Below, piece by piece: positions 10,252 to 18,184 of a DNA stretch of 64,000 nucleotides. Source of the DNA: Candidatus Zixiibacteriota bacterium (GTDB lineage: Bacteria; Zixibacteria; MSB-5A5; UBA10806; 4484-95); contig JBBIRK010000001.1 of assembly GCA_037441845.1 (NCBI GenBank), positions 224,001-288,000 of the forward strand, given 5' to 3'. The notes beneath the pieces are model-generated. The model did no database searches. It saw only the letters and a program-made list of their open reading frames with translations, and was not told the origin of the DNA. The position numbers and the translations under genes were made by a program. The number at the start of each line of letters is the position of its first letter. The first letter of the stretch is position 1.

Positions 10252-10373
10252 TTCAATTCGGTACTCGGTAAAGTAATCTGGTCGGATAACGCGAAAACGG
10301 AAAGCCGCCTTTTTTCAAAAAACGGCTTCGGTCTTATTATTTCTGCCTTACTATCGAACAAATCATCGCCCTT

Positions 10374-11621
10374 TCAATTCAGCGAAAACACTTCCAGCAA
10401 AAATTTATGGATAGAATCGAACAAGCCGACGCCGGAAAGCGAATAGGCGGTGGCGGCCGCCGAACCGGCCAATATCGCGATCATGGCGATAAATTTCCCC
10501 ACATCCTGCCCTTTCAAGCTGCCGAGTTGTTTCGGCTCGTTGGAAAGATATGCGCTGGCGGCGAAAAGCTCCTCGCCGATCAAAGTGTAATCGCATGCGG
10601 CCACGAAAAAGGGAAGCTGTGCCGGCATGGCGGTACCGGCGATCTGGATCGCTCCTATTGAATTGCCGGTTTCGGCGAAAATCAGACTTTCCGCAAAAAA
10701 CGACCCCATATAAAAGCAGGTTGCCGGCCGATCGCGCACCATTATGCCATCGACCGCCGCCACATAGCCGAATTGCTCATCGGTCAGATAATATACGAAA
10801 TCATCGGAATAAGCATCGATCCGACCGGCGGCGGCGTATGCCTCTTTGATTGTCTCCCGCGCCGTGGTCATCACAATCGACCTCGACACCGGCATGTTTA
10901 TCTTTATGTCGTACTCGGCTATGGTCCTGGCGACACGCCCGAGGATCGTGATGCCGGCTATCGTCTGCACGTCGTCCATATCGCGGATTCCAGGAATAAA
11001 AAGAATCGGCCGCCCCATTTCAGTGGCACGGCCTATAGCCTCATCTATCGCTTGAAGGCCTGCGATCTTCCTGAGGAATAGTTTTTTGCCCTTCTGGGCA
11101 TGGTAGATAAAATAGATAACCGAACCGCAAATCAAGACTCCCAGCAGAAACATATATTTGAGGTTAAGATTGAGCCACTGGGCATATGAATGGGCCGGGG
11201 CCGAATCCGCGGAATAAGAAAAAACGACTCCATCGGTGGACGCCACGCGATAGATATATGATTTATGGTCATCGGTATTCGAATCGATATAGCGCGATTG
11301 GCCCCGGCCGACCATACCGATCGATGAAAAAACGGTATCGCCGGCTAAGGCTCTGAATATCTCATAGCCGATTACGTTTCCCTTGCCGGCGCCGTCGTCT
11401 TTGGATAGCCTCCAGGAGATCAAAATCCGCCTTCCGGCGTCACTCGGATTATCGCGGGCGATGACATTTCCGGGAGGAGCAGGCGCCGGATAACGGGGCA
11501 TCGCGGCGCCGCCTAAGGGAATCTCGGCTCTTACTTCCTCGGGATATGCGGGCAAGACGAAAACGGTCGAAATCAGGACCGACAACAGCAGAAACAAAAG
11601 CGGCGCGCGAATGGCGGACAA
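10374..11621 (-). CDS. Module subunit A, copy 2 (FN3-like + DUF6754-like)
   Basis: Signal peptide, DNPSDAG...ISWRLSKDD, AIDEAIGRATEMG and IGEELFAASAYLS; start codon uncertain. Confidence 0.85.
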   Translation of the reverse strand: MSAIRAPLLFLLLSVLISTVFVLPAYPEEVRAEIPLGGAAMPRYPAPAPPGNVIARDNPSDAGRRILISWRLSKDDGAGKGNVIGYEIFRALAGDTVFSSIGMVGRGQSRYIDSNTDDHKSYIYRVASTDGVVFSYSADSAPAHSYAQWLNLNLKYMFLLGVLICGSVIYFIYHAQKGKKLFLRKIAGLQAIDEAIGRATEMGRPILFIPGIRDMDDVQTIAGITILGRVARTIAEYDIKINMPVSRSIVMTTARETIKEAYAAAGRIDAYSDDFVYYLTDEQFGYVAAVDGIMVRDRPATCFYMGSFFAESLIFAETGNSIGAIQIAGTAMPAQLPFFVAACDYTLIGEELFAASAYLSNEPKQLGSLKGQDVGKFIAMIAILAGSAAATAYSLSGVGLFDSIHKFLLEVFSLN

Positions 11622-11763
11622 AAAATTCTCCCGTTTCTTATCGAAATCAGGCCCAAAGGACCGGATCGGCGGATAATATAGGAATCGAGGGCTGATCTAA
11701 CAAGTTATTTGAATCGGGATCCCTTCGAAATTGGACTCGTTTTCGCCGACTACGCATTCCGGA

Positions 11764-12687
11764 TCAACTCTTCGACTCGGAGACCCCTTGAGCTTTCAGC
11801 AATTCGGCCGCCAGACCTACTCCGCTGAGCAGGCTTGCCACCTCGATCGGGAAAAATACTTTGTTGGCTTTGCCGTCGGCGATCGTTTTCAGAGCCTCGA
11901 GATAACGTAAAGTGATAAGCTTATTGTCCGGCTGGCCTTTGTGGATCGCCTGAAAGACGTTGACGATAGCTTCGGCTTCTCCCTGAGCAACCGTGAGTTT
12001 CTGGAATTTTTCGGCTTCGGCCACTTTCATGATCGCCTGCGCCTGCCCCTCGGCCTCGAGAATAGCAGCTTGTTTGGCCCCCTCGGCCTTGGTTATTTCT
12101 GCCTGCTTTATCCCTTCGGCTTCGAGGATCGCGGCGCGTTTATCGCGTTCGGCTTTCATCTGGCGGCTCATGGCGTCGGTAATGTCCCGCGGCGGATCGA
12201 TCTTCTGGATTTCCACGCGATTGACCTTTACGCCCCATTTGTTGGTGGCCTCGTCGAGCACCACGCGCAATTTTTCGTTGATGATATCGCGGGAGGTCAG
12301 CGATTGATCGAGTTCCATCTCGCCGAGGGTGTTGCGAAGGTTGGTTTGGGCGAGCTTGACGGCCGCATAGACGAAATCCATGATTTCATAATGGGCGCGG
12401 AACGGATCGGTGACCTGGCAATAGATAATGGCGTCCACCTCCACCATGACGTTGTCTTTGGTGATTATAGATTGCGCCGGCACGTCGATCACCTTTTCGC
12501 GCATATCGACTTTTTCCATCTGCTCGACGATCGGCAAGATGATGTTGAGTCCGGGTTGGCAGGTTCGATTGTAGCGTCCCAGCCTTTCGATAAGGCCGCG
12601 CTGGTAAGGCCTTATGATACGCAAAGACATGCCCGCGAAAATCAGGGCGAAAAATACGATCACCAGAATAAATAAGGCTTGCATCAA
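11764..12687 (-). CDS. SPFH/band 7 (stomatin/QmcA-like) membrane protein
   Basis: N-terminal TM, ERLGRY, ITKDNV, AQTNLRN, WGVKVNRVEI and the AERDKRAAILEAEG coiled coil. Confidence 0.93.
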   Translation of the reverse strand: MMQALFILVIVFFALIFAGMSLRIIRPYQRGLIERLGRYNRTCQPGLNIILPIVEQMEKVDMREKVIDVPAQSIITKDNVMVEVDAIIYCQVTDPFRAHYEIMDFVYAAVKLAQTNLRNTLGEMELDQSLTSRDIINEKLRVVLDEATNKWGVKVNRVEIQKIDPPRDITDAMSRQMKAERDKRAAILEAEGIKQAEITKAEGAKQAAILEAEGQAQAIMKVAEAEKFQKLTVAQGEAEAIVNVFQAIHKGQPDNKLITLRYLEALKTIADGKANKVFFPIEVASLLSGVGLAAELLKAQGVSESKS

Positions 12688-13118
12688 GCATCTCCTTCCA
12701 ATTTCTCGACAACCAACATCGAGCCGCGCAGCCCGGTTATTTTCACCGGAACACCTGCGGGAATTTTGATATCGGCCACCGCCCTCCAGGAATCGTTTTC
12801 ATAGCGGACCTGACCCTTGCCGGTGATTGAATCGATATCCTCGATGACCAGCGCTTTCTTGCCGATCAATGAATCGGCTCCGGGTTGAACCACTTTGTCA
12901 TCGCCCATTTTACGGCCGATCATCCGGGCCAGTGGTATCAACGCTAGTGATACCACCACGAACAGCAAAGTCTGCAGCATCAGCGATGCCGGCGAAAAGT
13001 AAGAGACGGCGCCTGCCGCCAGCGCCCCGACCGCGAAACAGGCGATAAAAAAGCCGGCGGTGAATATCTCGATAACGATGAAGACGGCCGCCAGTATCAG
13101 CCAAACATAAAGGGGCAT
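12684..13118 (-). CDS. NfeD-like (short YbbJ-type) membrane protein
   Basis: Three TM helices then an OB-fold with GQVRYENDSWRA; overlaps the SPFH start, the canonical NfeD-SPFH pairing. Confidence 0.9.
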   Translation of the reverse strand: MPLYVWLILAAVFIVIEIFTAGFFIACFAVGALAAGAVSYFSPASLMLQTLLFVVVSLALIPLARMIGRKMGDDKVVQPGADSLIGKKALVIEDIDSITGKGQVRYENDSWRAVADIKIPAGVPVKITGLRGSMLVVEKLEGDA

Positions 13119-13183
13119 GGGATCCTCCTTGAGTATCGTTCACAAATTGGAATCAAAAATCGCATAGCCTTCGAACGCTGCAT

Positions 13184-13882
13184 TTACCGTAACAGTCCCA
13201 GCCAGGTGCCATACAAAAAATCGAGCCGGCCGATCAATAGCGACATGCGCGACATCACCGTGTAGCCGAACGACGCCCCGAACGTAACCATCAAAAAATA
13301 TATGCCGATTTTCGCCGCGCCGCCCACGATTCCTTTGTGCTCTTTCGAAAAATAAAAGTAAGCCAGCCCGCTGATCACCCCTACGAGCAAGATCAAGTTG
13401 TTCAGATTCGCCCAGCCGACAAAGCCGGGTTGTCCGAATACGATGAAATCTTTCAGTGTGGCATGAATCTGCGATAAAGCGTTCGAGGCCAGATAGCGGG
13501 TGAAATACAATCCTGCCGTGGTTCCCACCACGAATGCCAAGGGCCAACGGGAAATCCAGCCCACTTTGGGAACCAGCCGCAGAAGCATCATTATGCCGAG
13601 CGCGCCCGCGACCAAATACCATATATTAGGATCCCAACGACCGTGGACGAAAAGCGATTGCAAGGCTCCATCGGTTTTGGAGGCTCCCATCAGCTTGGTT
13701 ACGCCGAGATTGTCGAACAACCGCGGCAACAAACTTTGATAATACAATGATACGAACCAGTAGCCGGCTGAAATACCCAAAAATATCGATTCGCTGAGCT
13801 TATAGAACGGGTTGTCTTTATAAAGAAAAGACAGTATCCCCAGCGTCAATAAAGCGCCGACCCAAATTCCGATGGTGCTCAT
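13184..13882 (-). CDS. Module subunit D, copy 1
   Basis: SFLYKDNPFYKLSE, YFYFSKEHKG and FGASFGYTVMSRMS; ATGA overlap with C copy 1. Confidence 0.9.
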   Translation of the reverse strand: MSTIGIWVGALLTLGILSFLYKDNPFYKLSESIFLGISAGYWFVSLYYQSLLPRLFDNLGVTKLMGASKTDGALQSLFVHGRWDPNIWYLVAGALGIMMLLRLVPKVGWISRWPLAFVVGTTAGLYFTRYLASNALSQIHATLKDFIVFGQPGFVGWANLNNLILLVGVISGLAYFYFSKEHKGIVGGAAKIGIYFLMVTFGASFGYTVMSRMSLLIGRLDFLYGTWLGLLR

Positions 13883-14736
13883 GACAACCCTCCCTGTTCT
13901 TTCTTGCGGGTGGTGAAATAAGCGATGTTAGCCATTATTATAAACAATACGATTATCGTATGGGCGAAGGTCTGCCCGGTCATGTACTTTACGGCTCTGC
14001 CGGGAAGTCCGGTCAAAATTTCGAATTCTGCGCCGCCTTTCATTCCTCCGAGGATTCCTTTGAGCTGCTTGCCGAGATAGGGATAAACCTGCGGCGCCTG
14101 AACCGCGGTGTTGCCCGCGCCCAATACGATATTGAACCTATCGACTGCGAAAAGAACCCATTCCACCGTGCCCGGATAGCCTGCCGACAGATTGAAAACG
14201 TAATCTATATTCGAAAAATTCGTAACCCCCTGCATCATCGGGAAATCGGCTACCGGTTTGCCGAAATAATCGACTGGGAATGTTTGGGGTATTGAAGAGC
14301 CCATGCGCTGGATCACCAGTTCGTTGCCGGCCTGATAACCCAGATTTACATAATCGATCCCATACTCGAATTGTCTTCCCACCTGTCTTTCGGCGATCGG
14401 CTTGGCCCTCTCCGCTTGGATCGGTCCCTGAGGCCACAGCCCGATAACTATGACTTTGAACTTTCGCCTGAGGGCGTATCCAAAAAACGTTTCGGCCATC
14501 GGTTGAAGCTCCGGCTCCGATCCGGGGTCGTAATCCAGCGATACCAAAACCCGTGCGCCGTCGGGCAGCTTGTCGAGAGTCGCCACCAACGATTCGACCT
14601 CCGGCGAGGTCGGTATCTTGAGATTTATCTGCAGAAACATCGGCACCGAAATGGCCACGAAAATGAACAGGAAAATAATCCGCCGGTCGATCCTCATCAG
14701 GCTGTTCCAAAAACCGACTTCTTTTTGCTCGGCCAT
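13879..14736 (-). CDS. Module subunit C, copy 1
   Basis: IDRRIIF, SLDYDP, YGIDYVNLGY and GGMKGGAEFE; TAATG overlap with B copy 1. Confidence 0.9.
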   Translation of the reverse strand: MAEQKEVGFWNSLMRIDRRIIFLFIFVAISVPMFLQINLKIPTSPEVESLVATLDKLPDGARVLVSLDYDPGSEPELQPMAETFFGYALRRKFKVIVIGLWPQGPIQAERAKPIAERQVGRQFEYGIDYVNLGYQAGNELVIQRMGSSIPQTFPVDYFGKPVADFPMMQGVTNFSNIDYVFNLSAGYPGTVEWVLFAVDRFNIVLGAGNTAVQAPQVYPYLGKQLKGILGGMKGGAEFEILTGLPGRAVKYMTGQTFAHTIIVLFIIMANIAYFTTRKKEQGGLS

Positions 14737-15389
14737 TATTCACCTCCCAGATAAGAGCGTTCGATTCCGAGAATGAGACGCAACGATGTCGAAACCGTGC
14801 CCAGGGCGATACCTATCATGATTGCTCGCTGGCCGGCGATATTAGGGATATTCATAATCCAGCTTGCTATTTCCGACATATGCAGCCACTTGGGCAGCCA
14901 GCCGGTAAGCATATCACCCAGCGGCACCCGGCCGAGCATAACCAAAAAAGCCGCCAGCAGCAGAACCGTTGCTTCACGGGTGCGCGCTCGAAAAGCTCTG
15001 TAAGAGGCCGAGGCCACGAAAAAGGCCAAAAGCGCAAACATCATGGCGGTCAGCGGTGAATAGACGTAATCGTACAACTGCGAAAAAGGCGTGCCCGGAT
15101 CAAGAAATCTCCGGCCGCCGGAAAAGAAAAATCCGATAATCACCATCACCAAGAACGAGGCAATGATTATCGCCGCATAAGGCCAATCCTTATGGCGACG
15201 GTAGATTTTGTCTCCAGCGACCTTGATCAAGTTCAGCGCACCCAGCCAGATCGCCGAGGCCTGGATTATCGAAAACCAATCAGAAAATACGTCGTTCAAC
15301 GTGCCGAAAGGTTCAGCGGGAATGAAATACTGGATTATCAAGACAACCCCCACCGTGCCTGCAATTATCATCGGTATTTCGCGTTTCAT
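14736..15389 (-). CDS. Module subunit B, copy 1
   Basis: MKREIP at ATG 15389, FALLAFFVASASYRAFRAR and ILGIER. Confidence 0.9.
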   Translation of the reverse strand: MKREIPMIIAGTVGVVLIIQYFIPAEPFGTLNDVFSDWFSIIQASAIWLGALNLIKVAGDKIYRRHKDWPYAAIIIASFLVMVIIGFFFSGGRRFLDPGTPFSQLYDYVYSPLTAMMFALLAFFVASASYRAFRARTREATVLLLAAFLVMLGRVPLGDMLTGWLPKWLHMSEIASWIMNIPNIAGQRAIMIGIALGTVSTSLRLILGIERSYLGGE

Positions 15390-15390
15390 G

Positions 15391-16599
15391 TCATTCACCT
15401 CCGGCCGAGACTGAAAATATCGAGGCGAAATCGAATGCGCCCGACAATTGGATCACCAGACCGATGACGATAGCCAGAATTATGACCAGCTTACCCAAAT
15501 CCTGACCTTTCAGTGAACCGAGCAGTTTGGGCTCATGCGATAGATAGGCGCTGGCGGCGAACAGCTCTTCGCCGATTAAGGTGTAATCGCAGGCGGCCAC
15601 GAAAAAGGGCAATTGCGAGGGCATTGCCGTTCCTGCGATCTGTATGGCACCGATCGAATTTCCGGTTTCCGCCAAAATCAAAGACTCGGCGTAAAAGGCG
15701 CCTTGATAAAAAATCGTGGCTGGTTTCTGACGCACGACCAATCCGTCTATACCGGCGGCATAGCCGAATTGATCGTCAGTCAGATAATAAACCATGTCGT
15801 CGGTATAAGAATCGGGCCTGCCGGCATTATAGTAGGCTTCTTTCACCACTTCCCTGGCGGTGACCATGACCAGCGATCGGGAAACCGGAACATCGATCTT
15901 GGCTTCATATTCCGCCGCCACCTTGGCTACTCGTCCGAGAATCGTCAACCCCGCGATCGTCTGGACGTTATCCATATCCTGAGTGCCGGGTATAAAGAAA
16001 ATTTTCCGGCCCATCTCGGTCGCACGTCCGACCGCCTCGTCAACCGCCTCAAGCCCGGCGATTTTTCGGATATATAGTTTCTTGCCTGATTTGGCTCCGG
16101 ATATGTAATACAAGATTGCGGCGCTGAGAAAAATCACCGCAATCAACATATTTATCAGGCTGGTGTTAAACCATTGCTGACTTGATTTCGCCGGCATCTT
16201 GCTGACTGCTCTGGCTGCCGTACCGAATGCCTTGGCATCGACGGCATAATAATATTCAGCGCCGTCTTCGGTATTATTGTCGAGACAGGTCTTGTAGAGT
16301 GGATTTCTCTCGTTGCTGCCCCCGGGCACGCTGAGCACCAATTCGAAAGGGCCATCGACGGATTTACCTCTCAATATGTCGTAACCCTCGAACCGGCCTT
16401 GATCGGCGATATCATCGGGAGATCTTTTCCAGGTGATAGTTATCGAGTTACCGGCGTCGTTAGGTGTATCGAACGCCCGGATCTCTTCGGCGGGCCTGAC
16501 GATCGCCGGAACGGCTCCGCTGTCGGCAAGCGTCTGGGCGAAAACAGGACCCGCTATGAAAAAGGCGGTTATAAGAAATTTCAAATTGACATGTTTCAT
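15391..16599 (-). CDS. Module subunit A, copy 1 (FN3-like + DUF6754-like)
   Basis: ATG 16599 (MKHVNLK) with GGAGG SD at 16606-16610, signal peptide ending VFA-Q, DTPNDAG...ITWKRSPDD, AVDEAVGRATEMG and IGEELFAASAYLS. Confidence 0.85.
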   Translation of the reverse strand: MKHVNLKFLITAFFIAGPVFAQTLADSGAVPAIVRPAEEIRAFDTPNDAGNSITITWKRSPDDIADQGRFEGYDILRGKSVDGPFELVLSVPGGSNERNPLYKTCLDNNTEDGAEYYYAVDAKAFGTAARAVSKMPAKSSQQWFNTSLINMLIAVIFLSAAILYYISGAKSGKKLYIRKIAGLEAVDEAVGRATEMGRKIFFIPGTQDMDNVQTIAGLTILGRVAKVAAEYEAKIDVPVSRSLVMVTAREVVKEAYYNAGRPDSYTDDMVYYLTDDQFGYAAGIDGLVVRQKPATIFYQGAFYAESLILAETGNSIGAIQIAGTAMPSQLPFFVAACDYTLIGEELFAASAYLSHEPKLLGSLKGQDLGKLVIILAIVIGLVIQLSGAFDFASIFSVSAGGE

Positions 16600-16706
16600 T
16601 AATTTCCTCCCGAATTTCCACTCTGCGGCTTTAATGGCGATAAAATCATATCGAATTCCGTTCCTGATATATTTCACTTCTGATCAATACGATTGCATAA
16701 TGCCTT

Positions 16707-16739
16707 GTAATAGCCCTTGATCGCGGCGATTGTCAAGGG
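16707..16739 (-). promoter_or_regulatory. Candidate sigma70 promoter for copy 1 with an overlapping inverted repeat
   Basis: Minus strand TTGACA-N18-TATTAC; inverted repeat CCCTTGA (16714-16720) / TCAAGGG (16733-16739) covers the -35. Confidence 0.4.
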
Positions 16740-16800
16740 AAATAGGGCTGCAAAACTCGGTAGGCCGCCGAGGCGCACCAGTTAAAAAACAGCGGCTATC

Positions 16801-16845
16801 AAAAAAATCAAGCCGGACTATTTCCTGCGATAATCCGGCTTTTTT
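16801..16845. terminator. Intrinsic terminator downstream of the 375-aa gene
   Basis: AAGCCGGA...TCCGGCTT stem with A and T runs on both sides. Confidence 0.65.
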
Positions 16846-16866
16846 CTCTCAGACAGTAAAAATAGA

Positions 16867-17994
16867 CTATTCCTCAATCATCTCCACGTTCGCGCGAGGA
16901 ATGATTGCTTTCATACCATCAGAAAATTCAACTTCGAGAACGCGGGCATAGGATTCGGACTCGAGTTTTTGCAATGGTGCCGGCAGCGACGAAACTTTTC
17001 CCAACTGCCCGAAATACGGTTCACGGATCACCCTTATTTGCGATCCCACAGCCAGACCCACGTTTTCCTGCATATGGGCTTCGTCGGCCTTTTGGATATT
17101 TTCATCCACGGGGATTACGACTTCCGGGCGGATTACACCGGCGCGAATCTGGGTGGCTCCGTTAATACAGGCCATTCGCCCCTCAAACATTTTAAGCAGA
17201 TCGTAAGTTTTTTGGGCCATCATTATCTCGCCGAATCCTTCTGTGACCACCAGAGTTATACCTTTTTTTTCGTTTCCGGTGATGGCCACTCCGAGATCAT
17301 AGCCCAGAAAATCCCGCAGATCTTTATCGTTGAATCCGCCGACCACGATTCCCACTGCACCGACCGAGATGGCTTTCTGCAATCCGGCGGCGGTTACCAG
17401 AGAACCGCCCACGATAACGCACCCTTTACATGAATTATCTATTTCCTTATCACTTAAAACATCGCGCGGGGTTTTCGATACGATCTTGATCGGGCCGTGG
17501 GTTTCGCCGCCGATTCCGAAAATGCCCTGAACGAACGCACCCCAGGTGGTTACGGCCACTCCCTCGTTGGGAAAGACTTCGGTAACCACGCCGTCGAGGT
17601 AGGCTTTAACCTCCACCGGTATCGGAGCGCCGCGGAGGAGCACCTGGCCCGTAACCTTGGAAATGTTTTCTATCTTGCCGCTTATTTTGGCCTTGGCCGA
17701 GGAGCTGAATAATCCGAAAAACGATTTCGATTTGGCGATGACCTCACCTTCTTGAACCGTGTCGCCCTCTTTTTTCAGCATCGCCTCGATTACATCCTCA
17801 GGCGGCACCCCGAGGATATTGGCGACATTGACCGGCTCGACAGCTCCGGGAAGTTCGGTCCTGGCGACAACCGTATCGGGCTTTACCCGATCTCCCACCT
17901 TGACGACGACTTCGCCTTTGAGCGGCAATATACGCTTTTTGGTGATTCTCATCCGATTGGTTACGCGCAATCCCGGAGTATATGCATGAGCCAT
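16867..17994 (-). CDS. Conserved hypothetical soluble protein: barrel-sandwich hybrid motifs, swivelling-like beta/beta/alpha domain, C-terminal KOW-like motif
   Basis: VKVGDRVKPDTVVA and KKEGDTVQEGEVIA...AKISGKIENI resemble RnfC/NqrA/lipoyl hybrid motifs. Also GETHGPIKIV...GCVIVGG...GAVGIVVGG, and KOW-like VGSQIRVIREPYFGQLGKV. Confidence 0.7.
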   Translation of the reverse strand: MAHAYTPGLRVTNRMRITKKRILPLKGEVVVKVGDRVKPDTVVARTELPGAVEPVNVANILGVPPEDVIEAMLKKEGDTVQEGEVIAKSKSFFGLFSSSAKAKISGKIENISKVTGQVLLRGAPIPVEVKAYLDGVVTEVFPNEGVAVTTWGAFVQGIFGIGGETHGPIKIVSKTPRDVLSDKEIDNSCKGCVIVGGSLVTAAGLQKAISVGAVGIVVGGFNDKDLRDFLGYDLGVAITGNEKKGITLVVTEGFGEIMMAQKTYDLLKMFEGRMACINGATQIRAGVIRPEVVIPVDENIQKADEAHMQENVGLAVGSQIRVIREPYFGQLGKVSSLPAPLQKLESESYARVLEVEFSDGMKAIIPRANVEMIEE

Positions 17995-18184
17995 ACGAAC
18001 CTCATCAATTCTGCGCCCCGACCGACATCCTCATTTCGAAACGTCAGAGCATATTTTCGAGTGATGATAATAATAAATAGAGAGTCGTCGAGCAACAAGA
18101 TTTATGGGTCCGGTCGGCACAAAAGCGCCGATTCGGCCAACACCGGCATTGCGCCTTGAATAGCAATACGATAAATTCATCATC

